A DNA stretch of 64,000 bases, from positions 372,001 to 436,000 of the IMG/VR virus record IMGVR_UViG_3300018080_008436; one strand, written 5' to 3'. The position numbers were made by a program, and so were the translations under genes. Below are positions 40,658-50,321 of this stretch, one piece after another (within the stretch, counting starts at the first letter, position 1; each line of letters starts with the position of its first letter). The notes below the pieces were generated by a model, which ran no database searches, was not told the DNA's origin, and saw only the letters and a list, made by a program, of their open reading frames with translations.

Positions 40658-40981
40658 ATGAAAAGATGGGAAGCTGTAGGTAAAAATGATAGTGAGATCA
40701 ATGAAGATGACATCAATTGGGAGTTGGTAAAAAACAGAGTCAAGTCTCTCCAATTAAACAACAATGGTCAAATCATCCGTTTGCCTGACAATATGGAATA
40801 TATACAAGGGAAGACTGCCAGTGCCAATCTTATGGGTGGAAAAGTTCAGATTGAATCTAGGTATGTTGGCATAAAAGTTGGAAATAATATAGTTAAGATA
40901 CGAGTGGATGAAAAAACCAACGATATTTCCATAGAGGTAGAAGATGACCCCAATTACATACCTAATCCAAAACAGGACTAG
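40658..40981 (+). CDS. Hypothetical protein
   Basis: Start MKRWEA at 40658 after AGGAG; TATAAT upstream; divergent from the GT gene. Confidence 0.6.
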   Translation: MKRWEAVGKNDSEINEDDINWELVKNRVKSLQLNNNGQIIRLPDNMEYIQGKTASANLMGGKVQIESRYVGIKVGNNIVKIRVDEKTNDISIEVEDDPNYIPNPKQD

Positions 40982-41369
40982 AATTCCCATCAATACTTTG
41001 GATGCAAAGTCCTTAACATTTGGTATGGTGGCTCCAAACGAAACGGCCCAAACCAATATCGTACAGCTTTATGTACCAGATGCCGCCGCAATTACCAATA
41101 TTCGACTTGCATTAATCGATACTGGAGGTATAATGTTTGGATCTACTACTTTTGGAGTAGATAACAGATCGTTTATCGACAATAATGTAGTACCCGAATC
41201 ATTTTTTCAAGGTGTTAGCGACAAAAGCGTAAATTCGCCTTACAATATATCAGTAGCAAACCTAAATAGATTAGCCAGTGAGTACATATATCTGAATGTG
41301 GATATCCCAATTGGTCAAACTTTTATCGCTGGAACAATAAGATATCAATGGCTTTTTGACTATGCATAG
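40944..41369 (+). CDS. Hypothetical beta-rich protein
   Basis: 141 aa, GAGG RBS. Confidence 0.6.
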   Translation: MTPITYLIQNRTRIPINTLDAKSLTFGMVAPNETAQTNIVQLYVPDAAAITNIRLALIDTGGIMFGSTTFGVDNRSFIDNNVVPESFFQGVSDKSVNSPYNISVANLNRLASEYIYLNVDIPIGQTFIAGTIRYQWLFDYA

Positions 41370-41376
41370 GGGTAAT

Positions 41377-43383
41377 ATGAGAGTACAAATACAACCAACA
41401 AAAGACGAACAAGAGCTTTTTGAACTATTAAGGAATACAGTTAAGAAAGTGGCCCCTGGAACTTCATTAAGAGTTGCAGGCGGGTGGGTTCGTGACAATC
41501 TTCTAGGGAAGAAGTCAAATGACATTGATTTCATGGTTGACAACATGTCTGGAGAGCAAATTGCTCGATTAATCACAAATGAGCTTGGTCTAAGTGGACC
41601 CCATGTTGTTCAAGCAAACCCAGATGCCTCCAAACATTTGGAAACCGCTGGAGCAGAAATCCCCATATCAAATGGCAAGGTGTTTGATCTTGATTTTGCC
41701 ATCGCAAGACAAGAAATTTACCATGATGACTCAAGAATTCCTGAGATCAAACCAGCGACTCCAGAAGAAGACGCTTTCAGAAGGGATTTGACCATTAATT
41801 CTATGTTCTACAATATTATGACTGGAGAACTGGAAGATTTCACTGGAAGAGGAATGGAAGATCTTAAGAGTAGAACAATTAAAACTCCTGAAGACCCACT
41901 GAAAACATTCAAAGATGACCCTTTAAGAATTTTCAGAACTATTCGTTTCGCTTCAAGGTACAATGGTAATATTGACCCAGAAACACTTTCTGCTATGAAT
42001 AATCCAGAATTACATAGCGAAATTAGAGAAAAAGTGTCAAAAGAGAGGATTCAAGAGGAACTCTTCAAAACAATGAAGGGACCAAATCCTCTGATGGCCA
42101 TCAATTTGCTGAAAGAAACTGGCATATTCAGAGACATCATAGAAGATGCTGTCAAAGGTAGTAAATTTGAAGGAAAAATCGCTCCACTTGACATGGAGCA
42201 GAACAATCCTCATCATGAGCTAACGGTTTGGGGTCACACCCTAAAAGTTGTCGAAAATCTGTTGATGTACTATCCAGACACAGATCCTGAGAAACGTGCT
42301 ATCATGATCCTAACAGCGGTTATGCATGATTTAGGGAAGCTTTATTACGACATTCATGTCGATAAGGGGGATCAAACTTCTTACTATGGACATGCAGACG
42401 CTAGTGGTGAAATTGCTGAGATGATTATGCGTTACTTGAAGTTTAATAACAAAATGATTGATCAAGTCTCCAAGATGTCAAAGCATCATATGAGAGTTCA
42501 CTTGGTTGAAAATGACAAAAACTTAAGTGGCGAAGGAAAACGTTTGGCATTTTTCAGAAAATTTATTAGAAAGATGCTGGCTGAAGGTATCGATGCGATG
42601 GACATAATGAATCTTTCTATTGCTGATGCTTATAGCAAAGGTCACAAAATTGTTGATCCTTCAGTAGTTAAAAACTATCAACTTTTAAAAACTCAACTTG
42701 AGCAGGCTTTGGCTTCAATAAGTGTTGACCAAAATCAAAAGAAAGTTGTCCCAGTGTTGAATGGACGAGAAATTATGACTATTCTAAACATTAATCCTGG
42801 GTGCATGGTTGGTGATGCGACTAGATTTGTTTATGAGTTAATGGATGAGAATCCTAAAATCACCAAAGATGAGGCCGCAGAAAGATTAGTTGAAGAGTTC
42901 GCACACAAAATTGACAACGAAGAAAAAATTAGGCAAGCTTCTGCATGTCCAAAGCATCTTCTGTTTAGCAAGATTGATGAAATAAAAGAAGCGATTAATG
43001 ATGAGAATTGTGACAGAGCAATTACAATTATGACCACTCTCAAGAAAGAGAATGAAGATGACGAAAGTGTATATGCAGAAATTGCGAACCGTATGCTTGA
43101 TGTCTTGCTTATAGACCGTTCGAAAAGGAACTTTGAACTTCTAGGTTATGTATTTGACAAAGCAATAGATAACTTCTTTGATGTAGAAGTTTGCATACCT
43201 GTTCTTGGAATCTTGTTACTCTTAAAGACAGGTACAAAAGAAGAGCATATAGAAACATTATGTGAAAGAATGAAGAACATGGCGAATGATAAATTACAAG
43301 TCATGTTAAAGAAATTACCTGATGATGCTTATCATAAGAAATTCATAAAAAGGTTAAAGAATGGAAGATGTAACTGCAAATGA
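41377..43383 (+). CDS. cca: Class II CCA-adding tRNA nucleotidyltransferase with HD domain
   Basis: VAGGWVRD, DIDF, ARQEIYHDDSRIP loop, DAFRRDLTINSM, DDPLRIFRTIRFASR, VSKERIQEE, HT...MHDLGK. Confidence 0.9.
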   Translation: MRVQIQPTKDEQELFELLRNTVKKVAPGTSLRVAGGWVRDNLLGKKSNDIDFMVDNMSGEQIARLITNELGLSGPHVVQANPDASKHLETAGAEIPISNGKVFDLDFAIARQEIYHDDSRIPEIKPATPEEDAFRRDLTINSMFYNIMTGELEDFTGRGMEDLKSRTIKTPEDPLKTFKDDPLRIFRTIRFASRYNGNIDPETLSAMNNPELHSEIREKVSKERIQEELFKTMKGPNPLMAINLLKETGIFRDIIEDAVKGSKFEGKIAPLDMEQNNPHHELTVWGHTLKVVENLLMYYPDTDPEKRAIMILTAVMHDLGKLYYDIHVDKGDQTSYYGHADASGEIAEMIMRYLKFNNKMIDQVSKMSKHHMRVHLVENDKNLSGEGKRLAFFRKFIRKMLAEGIDAMDIMNLSIADAYSKGHKIVDPSVVKNYQLLKTQLEQALASISVDQNQKKVVPVLNGREIMTILNINPGCMVGDATRFVYELMDENPKITKDEAAERLVEEFAHKIDNEEKIRQASACPKHLLFSKIDEIKEAINDENCDRAITIMTTLKKENEDDESVYAEIANRMLDVLLIDRSKRNFELLGYVFDKAIDNFFDVEVCIPVLGILLLLKTGTKEEHIETLCERMKNMANDKLQVMLKKLPDDAYHKKFIKRLKNGRCNCK

Positions 43384-43969
43384 AGTCGCTTCATACGTTG
43401 AGGCATTAAATGTAGCCAATATGGATGGCGAGATAAAGAAACCAGAAGTGCTTGGAGTTTTGCAATCTCTTCCATCCCCAAATCACATCAAAAGATACTT
43501 ATCAAATGAAGAAGCAAGAGTCTTGTTTGAAAGCATCCGATGGATTTGGAAAGAAACAAGTGGTAAAGATATTAGTGAGACATTTAATTTCGAGCCTGCT
43601 CCAGAATCATTGCTAGGAAATTACTGGATGCTAAGGAATGGTCTGATCTTTCATGGTATCAACCATTATGGCATCATTAAAAGAAATATGACGCTCTTTT
43701 CTAACGTCCTGAAGTTAGAGCCGTTTGTACTGCATCAGAAGCTTGCAGGCATACCACAAGACCTAATTAAGTACGTTATAGACAATGGGGGGATGAGAAT
43801 CTTCGTTACGGCTGACAAAAGAGCATATTTCCAAATGAATGATCAGGTTTATGCCAATTGGGGTAGGGCCAAAGTTAAAGGACTGGACTTCGGAAACAAA
43901 GTGGTCAAACTTGTTGACCCCACTACCCGATTTGACGGTTGGAACTCTGGAATTACCTTAAAACTCTAG
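43361..43969 (+). CDS. Hypothetical protein
   Basis: 202-aa ORF overlapping the cca 3' end. Confidence 0.6.
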   Translation: MEDVTANEVASYVEALNVANMDGEIKKPEVLGVLQSLPSPNHIKRYLSNEEARVLFESIRWIWKETSGKDISETFNFEPAPESLLGNYWMLRNGLIFHGINHYGIIKRNMTLFSNVLKLEPFVLHQKLAGIPQDLIKYVIDNGGMRIFVTADKRAYFQMNDQVYANWGRAKVKGLDFGNKVVKLVDPTTRFDGWNSGITLKL

Positions 43970-45723
43970 TTCATAAAGAACGGGTCATCATCATCGTCGT
44001 CGTCATCAAATTCTACAGGTGGCAGATCTTCCTCAGGATGTTTTCTCTTAGGTGGCAATGGTTCGTCTTTCGTTGAAGGGCCAAACAATGATGCAAGTTC
44101 TGCTTCAAAATCTACATCATCCCATATCAACTCATCAAGATCTTCTTCTGCACCAGGAGAAAGTGGGTCTGATGGATCAACTTCTGCACCATCGATAGCA
44201 TCTCCAGTACCTTCATCAATGTCACCAGCATCTTTGTCTTCTTCATCTGTTTCGGTTTCCCAGAAACCAGTTTCATCCAACTGATCTTTGAATCGATTCA
44301 GAATTTCTTTCGCTTCTTCTTGATCACTAATAATATAACTTGATGCTTCGAAAAGCTCTTGTACTGGTCCAGCACCCATATATCCAACCAATCCTAATCC
44401 AACGATATCTTCTGGTTTACATTGCATGAATCTTCTGAAGTTCTCAGGACCAATCTGCATTTGCATTTGCTCATTTACCAATTCATCTGATTCTTTTAGA
44501 ATGGCAATCGCCTCTTCCATCTCCAAAGGACGTTGTCCTCTGCTTGCTCTAGACTCATTGTCCAATTGGTGATCAGTTGCTTTTGAGAAAATACCCTTGG
44601 TAAGTTCCTGACAAATAATAATAAAGTTCATACCTTGAGCTACAGTGTTACCTTCATCATCATTATGACTCCAACCAGTTCCTTTTTGGCCTAACTGATC
44701 AGCCATCATCCTAACCATCTCTGGATCGATGTAATAAAAATGCTGACACATCAAATTAGAGAACTTTTCATAAAGTCCTAAGAGTTGAGGATTAATGTCA
44801 TTGATCGCACCTTGGACTTCTTCCATCTCAGTTACATCAAATAATTCATTAAGTCCTGCGCCTTGAGCCAATGAATTCATGATGATGCGTTTGTTAATTT
44901 CACCTTCAAGTTCTGGAGTTATTTCAATATCTACTTCTGGGAAGTCTTCTTCACCTGAAGGACCCATCTCTTCCATATATTTGATTTCTAACTCATCCCT
45001 ATCAACATTCCATTTACGAGAGATAACGTCTTTTGCGAGGTCCATCAACTGCTCTTCATTTCCTTGTTCCAAAGCTTGGATTTCTCTAAGGAGTCCAAGA
45101 ATCTGCATCATAACTTGTTGAATGTTAGTGTTTACAGGGATATCCTTCTCTTCTGCAATATTCGTAATATATTCATAGTTTGCGCGAGCTAGTTCATCAC
45201 CATAATGAGAAAGCACTGGATTTTGAGAAAGGATATTGTTTTGAGGAATATCTTGCCAGAAATTTCTTACACCTCTTTGTACTGAGGCATCGTAATCAGC
45301 GGCGGCGACCTTCTGTTCAAGAAGACGGATTTCGTAACCACTTATCTTTTTTTTTAACTCCGAAGTAATGGTCGGCAAGTTATCAGGGGATACTTGTGCG
45401 GCCAATGGAAGATCTTCTTCTGGTTCTTCAGCTTTAGGTTTTGGTTGTACGATAGGTTTAGGATTACGTGGTCTTCTTTTCCCAGGTTTTCCAGGCTTAG
45501 TCTTTTCTCCTGGTGTAGTTCTGGGTTTGGTTGTTGGAGCGGCTGGAGCAGGTCCTGATCTTTCGGTTGATGGAGCAGGTTCAGCTTCTCTTACCATATC
45601 TTCTGCTTGAACAACTAAATTGCCATCTTCGTCTAGCCATCCAGCTTTTTTACCAAATTCTTCCCAATCTTTTTGAGACAATTTAACGGTCTTTTTGCCA
45701 TTGGCGTTTTTTATAATTTTCAT
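43966..45723 (-). CDS. Hypothetical protein with MKIIKNA...KLSQKDWEEFGKKAGW N-terminal module
   Basis: 585 aa; Pro/Thr linker; acidic tail; AGG-N19-GAATT upstream. Confidence 0.65.
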   Translation of the reverse strand: MKIIKNANGKKTVKLSQKDWEEFGKKAGWLDEDGNLVVQAEDMVREAEPAPSTERSGPAPAAPTTKPRTTPGEKTKPGKPGKRRPRNPKPIVQPKPKAEEPEEDLPLAAQVSPDNLPTITSELKKKISGYEIRLLEQKVAAADYDASVQRGVRNFWQDIPQNNILSQNPVLSHYGDELARANYEYITNIAEEKDIPVNTNIQQVMMQILGLLREIQALEQGNEEQLMDLAKDVISRKWNVDRDELEIKYMEEMGPSGEEDFPEVDIEITPELEGEINKRIIMNSLAQGAGLNELFDVTEMEEVQGAINDINPQLLGLYEKFSNLMCQHFYYIDPEMVRMMADQLGQKGTGWSHNDDEGNTVAQGMNFIIICQELTKGIFSKATDHQLDNESRASRGQRPLEMEEAIAILKESDELVNEQMQMQIGPENFRRFMQCKPEDIVGLGLVGYMGAGPVQELFEASSYIISDQEEAKEILNRFKDQLDETGFWETETDEEDKDAGDIDEGTGDAIDGAEVDPSDPLSPGAEEDLDELIWDDVDFEAELASLFGPSTKDEPLPPKRKHPEEDLPPVEFDDDDDDDDPFFMN

Positions 45724-45785
45724 AATATCAATATCCTCTAAAAACTAATTGATGTTTAATTCCAATTAAGGTAGTAATAATCCTT

Positions 45786-46736
45786 TTATGGATTTACTTC
45801 TAGCCCCATTCTTGCATATTCTTCTAGATTTATCGCTGGATTTGAGGCTTTGACTTTTACAAAAGTCGAATGGTCACATTCTTTCCACAAATCTTCTCTA
45901 TCCTCTCCCCCTTCAAAGATTATCATATCATAATCTATGTGTGCGGGAGTCATCCACTCTCCATTATGCCAAATCTGGAAATCCACATCTGCATCTCTAT
46001 ATTGGTTCAACTTGTTGATATGGACTTCTGCATAAAGGAAATCTGGTGGTTTTTCAATTTTTAATGTATATTTATTATAGCCTGCTGGGACTATCCAAGG
46101 GTTTTGGAAAACAAAATACAAATCTTTTGAAACTTTTAACAAATCACCTCTTTGTTGAACCCAATTCCCCTTTTCATACCAATTCTTATTTTGAGAGAAT
46201 GAAACAATTCCCCTTCTAACAACATTTTGCTTATCCTTATATGTCCCATAATATCCTGATTTAGCAATGGGACTGTAAAAAGTCAGATGACTTCCATCGG
46301 CCTCCACTTGTCTTCGAGCGTTATTAAAGGCTCTAACTTCTTCATCTTCCTCTTCTTCAATAGGATCAGCTTCTTGAGGAGCGTTCGGATCAGCTTCTTG
46401 AGGAGCGTTCGGATCAGCTTCTTGAGGAGCGTTCGGATCTATCCCTGCCAGAAGTTGAGCATTTCGTTCTCTCTCCAATAATTCAAAAAGATCATCTGGT
46501 TCATCTATGTCTGGAATTTTCATTTTTCCATCTTTCAACGCATCGTCTATTTGTTCTGGAGTTAGAGGTTTTTTATAACCTTTTATCTTCCCTTGTTTAT
46601 CAAGTACTGGTTGCCTTTCTTCTTGCGTCCAGCCTATTTCTTTTAGCCTATTCTGATATTCTTTACATTCTATATAGTCTGCTCTTTGAGCCTCTTTAAG
46701 AAAAGAATAAAATTCAAATTGCTTGTACCAACTCAT
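45786..46736 (-). CDS. Hypothetical protein (MSWYKQ...LKEAQ N-terminus)
   Basis: 316 aa; contains DPNAPQEA x3. Confidence 0.6.
   Translation of the reverse strand: MSWYKQFEFYSFLKEAQRADYIECKEYQNRLKEIGWTQEERQPVLDKQGKIKGYKKPLTPEQIDDALKDGKMKIPDIDEPDDLFELLERERNAQLLAGIDPNAPQEADPNAPQEADPNAPQEADPIEEEEDEEVRAFNNARRQVEADGSHLTFYSPIAKSGYYGTYKDKQNVVRRGIVSFSQNKNWYEKGNWVQQRGDLLKVSKDLYFVFQNPWIVPAGYNKYTLKIEKPPDFLYAEVHINKLNQYRDADVDFQIWHNGEWMTPAHIDYDMIIFEGGEDREDLWKECDHSTFVKVKASNPAINLEEYARMGLEVNP
46363..46439. repeat. 24-bp tandem repeat x3 (DPNAPQEA)
   Basis: GGATCAGCTTCTTGAGGAGCGTTC repeated in frame. Confidence 0.9.
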
Positions 46737-46752
46737 AGAATCTCCTAAAAAC

Positions 46753-47160
46753 TTATAACATCATTAAATCACTAAAATCTGTATCTTCTCTTTCAGGTGG
46801 GTTACAAAGTTCCTCAAGCTGTTCTACAGAAAGGCTTGGCTTAATATTGTCAAGTCCTCTGAACTCAACAACTTGATCGGTCCCCTTGTTTTTAAGAACT
46901 ATGGCGTAAAGATCTCCACTAATGAAGTAAACGGATATATCATTTCTAGCAAGATATTCTCTGGCATAAGATTCTGACTGGACACTCCAACCACCTTCTT
47001 GACCCAGTTCCATTAGTCTTTTTACACCTGTAACATCTTCTTTCGTAAAATTGAAGTTTCTGTTTGCAGTTTTTAGCCAACCAGATTTCTGACCCATGAC
47101 CAACCACTCTTTTTTAGACATTTGAACTGTTGTCTTTCCAGCTTTTCTAACTAGTTTCAT
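46753..47160 (-). CDS. Hypothetical protein with MKLVRKA...MSKKEWLVMGQKSGW module
   Basis: 135 aa. Confidence 0.65.
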   Translation of the reverse strand: MKLVRKAGKTTVQMSKKEWLVMGQKSGWLKTANRNFNFTKEDVTGVKRLMELGQEGGWSVQSESYAREYLARNDISVYFISGDLYAIVLKNKGTDQVVEFRGLDNIKPSLSVEQLEELCNPPEREDTDFSDLMML

Positions 47161-47163
47161 TAT

Positions 47164-47442
47164 TTACTCCTCAACATTAGCAACATCTTTTTCAGATGGT
47201 GCTTGGCCATGTTCCAGATGCATTTTCATTGCATCACGTAGCTTGAATTTATCTGTATATCTAACAGTAATTACTCCACCTGGATAAATGAGGTCCCAGC
47301 AGATTTCACCATCACAATCTTTATTCCTAATCATCCCTCCAGCATCACGCCATCTGTCGATTAGTTCTTCCATTTCTCTTCTAAAAACAAAGACATCATT
47401 CTCTCTTTGTAAAAATGGCATCGCTATTTTAATAATCTTCAT
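47164..47442 (-). CDS. Hypothetical protein (MKIIKIA tag)
   Basis: About 92 aa; AGG-N19-GAATA motif upstream. Confidence 0.6.
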   Translation of the reverse strand: MKIIKIAMPFLQRENDVFVFRREMEELIDRWRDAGGMIRNKDCDGEICWDLIYPGGVITVRYTDKFKLRDAMKMHLEHGQAPSEKDVANVEE

Positions 47443-47512
47443 CAAATATCCCCAAATGAATTGCTTATTCTAATTTATTCTTCAATATCAACCATCTAAC
47501 CTTCATTAACAC

Positions 47513-47540
47513 AAAAAAAGCCCCTTGATTTCAAGGGGCA
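47513..47540 (-). terminator. Intrinsic terminator
   Basis: GCCCCTTGA-a-atCAAGGGGC followed by TTTTTTT. Confidence 0.75.
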
Positions 47541-47619
47541 GAAATAATGCTCTGTCATTCAGGGAAGCAAAAATAATGCCTTATTCCCAAACAGCATCCA
47601 TAAGTTCATATATTTATTT

Positions 47620-48195
47620 TTATTTATTCTCGCAGACATCTATTAACTCATAGATTAAATCTTTTTGATCATCTGTGAATTTCCATCGGACATTAACATT
47701 TTTGTCTGCCCAGTCTTTTGCGCTATTACCTTTCTCTTGCCCCATACTGACCCAATCAGCCACCATTTCAGCTATGTCAATGTCCCCCATCTTAGTGCCA
47801 TCAATCATTTTTTCGGGTGGTTTGTCTCTATCATTTCTGTTGATGAGATCGACCGTTTCAGATGAATGAAACTCTGGATGATGCCTATTACTTTTTACAT
47901 GATGCTCAGTAGCTTTATTCATCTTTTCATCCATCCCATCTGGCGGTTCCCAGTCTACACCATCATCTTTGCATTTATAACTCCATGTTACATAAAGATA
48001 TGGTTCATACTCTGGATCTTCAAATTTACTATCGTCATGATGACTGGCCTGTTCGATAAGGTCTTCGAATTTGTCATCGTAGTCAGCAATCTTTTTGCAG
48101 TATTTCTGAACTCGCTTGATATGTTCTCTAGTTCTTTTTTCAAAGAACTCTTCTATTTCTTTCTTCTCACTTTTCGCTGTCCTGATTAATTTCAT
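47620..48195 (-). CDS. HD-like metal-dependent hydrolase (DUF5662-like) with MKLIRTA tag
   Basis: EHIKRV, HHDDSKF, HHVKSNRHHPE, EMVADW; GGAGG RBS before 48195. Confidence 0.65.
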   Translation of the reverse strand: MKLIRTAKSEKKEIEEFFEKRTREHIKRVQKYCKKIADYDDKFEDLIEQASHHDDSKFEDPEYEPYLYVTWSYKCKDDGVDWEPPDGMDEKMNKATEHHVKSNRHHPEFHSSETVDLINRNDRDKPPEKMIDGTKMGDIDIAEMVADWVSMGQEKGNSAKDWADKNVNVRWKFTDDQKDLIYELIDVCENK

Positions 48196-48220
48196 TGTAA
48201 TACCTCCATGATTATTATAC

Positions 48221-48249
48221 AAAAAACCCCTTGTAGAGACAAGGGGTTT
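48221..48249 (-). terminator. Intrinsic terminator
   Basis: AACCCCTTGT-ctct-ACAAGGGGTTTTTT. Confidence 0.75.
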
Positions 48250-48266
48250 AGATGTACACAGAAAGC

Positions 48267-48581
48267 TTATTTTTCTGGTTTGGGTTGTGGAGGTTGGGGT
48301 CTGCCTTTTCCATGGCCTCTCATGCCTTTTCCAGGGCCATTACCATGTCTTCCCCTCATGCCTTCACGATGACGCTTCATCCTTTCTTTCATCATAGCAG
48401 TTAACTCTGAACGATCTAACTTACCATCTTTGTCAACGTCAAAGTTTTCCATGACTCTGTCCAATACCTTTTCCAAACACTTCTCTGGACTTGGACGTTC
48501 AGGGCGTTCGGGTCTCTCGGTTTCTTGGGCTGAAAGAGTGCAGGCAAAAACTAGGGCGAGTAATACGATTAATGCTTTCAT
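48267..48581 (-). CDS. Secreted EF-hand protein with signal peptide
   Basis: Likely start MKALIVLLALVFACTLSA after AAAGGAG; EF-hand DVDKDGKLDRSE; Arg/Gly/Pro-rich tail. Confidence 0.7.
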   Translation of the reverse strand: MKALIVLLALVFACTLSAQETERPERPERPSPEKCLEKVLDRVMENFDVDKDGKLDRSELTAMMKERMKRHREGMRGRHGNGPGKGMRGHGKGRPQPPQPKPEK

Positions 48582-48707
48582 AATAAGATCTCCTTTATTA
48601 AGCAATGAATTTGTTAACGCAAGTGCTGTGCCAAATGTTTTATTGGGTAAATGGTCACTATAGTGCGCAAATATTAGAATTTTGGTAAAAATAGTGCGCA
48701 AAATATG

Positions 48708-49043
48708 CTATCTAAACTCATTTCCCCATTTGTCGAGGTTTTCGTATGGTATTGTAAACAAATAATCTTCAACTTTGCTTGAACGTGTCCCAAAAGAGAC
48801 ATCATAATATATCCCATCACATTTGACTAAAGCGTGGTTAACTCCATCCTTTCTACAAACAACAACATCTGCTTTGTATCCCGCTTCTCTTAATGCTTTG
48901 CAATACCTTCCACACAGATTACTGCAATCATTGGCATTGGGAATCTTCTTTTCTTTATTAAGTGACCAGAAAATATCTGGTAATGGTATTTTTTGAAAAT
49001 TTAGTAATTTGTATAAGAACGATTTGAACCATTTCATGATCAC
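48708..49043 (-). CDS. Transglutaminase/papain-like Cys protease domain protein
   Basis: DCSN...HALV...YYD (Cys-His-Asp). Confidence 0.5.
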   Translation of the reverse strand: MIMKWFKSFLYKLLNFQKIPLPDIFWSLNKEKKIPNANDCSNLCGRYCKALREAGYKADVVVCRKDGVNHALVKCDGIYYDVSFGTRSSKVEDYLFTIPYENLDKWGNEFR

Positions 49044-49460
49044 TTAACATTCGTATGATGTCCTCTTTTCATACTCTGGGCTTCTAGAATAGCTCGTTAT
49101 AAATACATCAGGGTAATTAGCACCGAATTGATCTGCCGTAATGTCAATTATTACCTTATTGTTTAATTCAACCCAGCAATGGTAACTCTTCATACAGTTC
49201 CCGCAAACTTTTTTGGCATCGAACCCTCTTTTATTAAGTTCTGCGCACAATTCTTCGCTCATCATTTCACAGAATGGAGGAGATAGGAATTTTCCCCCGC
49301 TAAGAATTTCGTCTAACCGTTCTCTTTTTTCATCATCGTTGTCATAATCTTCATTAACTTCTTCAAGTAGCTCTGAAACATATTCATCCATCATTCTTTC
49401 TCTGATCTCTGAAGCGATCTCAAAAATAATCCCCATTCTTGCTACTTTAATGATTTTCAT
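49044..49460 (-). CDS. Transglutaminase-like protein with MKIIKVA tag
   Basis: C(EMMSEEL)...HCWVE...IIDITADQF; likely start 49460. Confidence 0.6.
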   Translation of the reverse strand: MKIIKVARMGIIFEIASEIRERMMDEYVSELLEEVNEDYDNDDEKRERLDEILSGGKFLSPPFCEMMSEELCAELNKRGFDAKKVCGNCMKSYHCWVELNNKVIIDITADQFGANYPDVFITSYSRSPEYEKRTSYEC

Positions 49461-49461
49461 A

Positions 49462-49743
49462 TTAACCAAGAGTATCTTGAACTCTGTCCTCTCGTAACCA
49501 AAATTCTCCACTTCCACCAACAGGTTTCAATTTATATTGTGTCCTGCCGAACATTTTACGTTTACTAAGAACTTCAACAGGAAAGAAAACAGAAGTTGAC
49601 CCTCTTCCAATTTCATAAAACTGAGCATATTTTATTTGTCCAACTTCGCTCTCATCCAGTTCCATCTCTTCTGGCACTTTTCTTTCTGGCTCTTCCTTCT
49701 GTGGCATAGGAGGAATTACTTGAGCCGCCTTCATTATTTTCAT
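49462..49743 (-). CDS. Hypothetical protein (MKIMKAAQ tag)
   Basis: 93 aa, SH3-like C-terminal pattern. Confidence 0.55.
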   Translation of the reverse strand: MKIMKAAQVIPPMPQKEEPERKVPEEMELDESEVGQIKYAQFYEIGRGSTSVFFPVEVLSKRKMFGRTQYKLKPVGGSGEFWLREDRVQDTLG

Positions 49744-50168
49744 TATCCATCTCCTTTTATTATCTCGAATCCATTATCTAACCAACCTGCAACTGGAACT
49801 CCTTCAACAGGAGAGATGCCCATGCCAAATTTCAAAGAGACGACATCATATCCAAGCATTCTCAAAAGAACCAAAGCTTGACTGGAAGTATGACCAACAT
49901 AACAAACAAGAAGAATCTTTTTGTCTTTAGGTAATTTATCCAGGTTCTCTTTTTCTAATAAATCTAGCCAGAAAATGTTCTCTGCTCCTTCGATATGCCC
50001 TTCAGCAAAGTCTTCGGGCTTTCTTATGTCTAAGATGAAGAAGTTATCCAAGCCTTTTTCCTTCAACTCAACAGGAGTGATGTAGTTCCAAGTATCGTCT
50101 GTTTTGTCAATGAACTCTTTCAGCTTTTCCGTGAAAGTTAGATCGCATGATATTTTTATGAGCTTCAT
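49743..50168 (-). CDS. Rhodanese-like domain protein (MKLIKIS tag)
   Basis: ILDIRKPEDFAEGHIEGAENI, LLVCYVG, LGYDVVSLKFGM...W. Confidence 0.85.
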   Translation of the reverse strand: MKLIKISCDLTFTEKLKEFIDKTDDTWNYITPVELKEKGLDNFFILDIRKPEDFAEGHIEGAENIFWLDLLEKENLDKLPKDKKILLVCYVGHTSSQALVLLRMLGYDVVSLKFGMGISPVEGVPVAGWLDNGFEIIKGDG

Positions 50169-50233
50169 TCACCCTTCCTTAATTCATAAGTATAGTCTTA
50201 TTATACTTCTAAATAAGGTGTTAGTATCCCTAC

Positions 50234-50318
50234 ACAAAAATACCCCCTGAGGCGAACCTAAGCAAGTCCATCGCAAGCGATATACTCGCTTTGAGACGAA
50301 TCCCAAGGGGCAAATACT
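50234..50318 (-). other. Multi-branched (4-way junction) terminator-like RNA element
   Basis: An outer stem encloses two UUCG hairpins and one long hairpin, followed by a U-tract. Confidence 0.55.
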
Positions 50319-50321
50319 AAG

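Noticed and set aside
40579-40764. N-terminal extensions predicted for the GT gene and the 40532 ORF
   Set aside because: They overlap each other across a divergent promoter region; better starts are 40578 and 40658.
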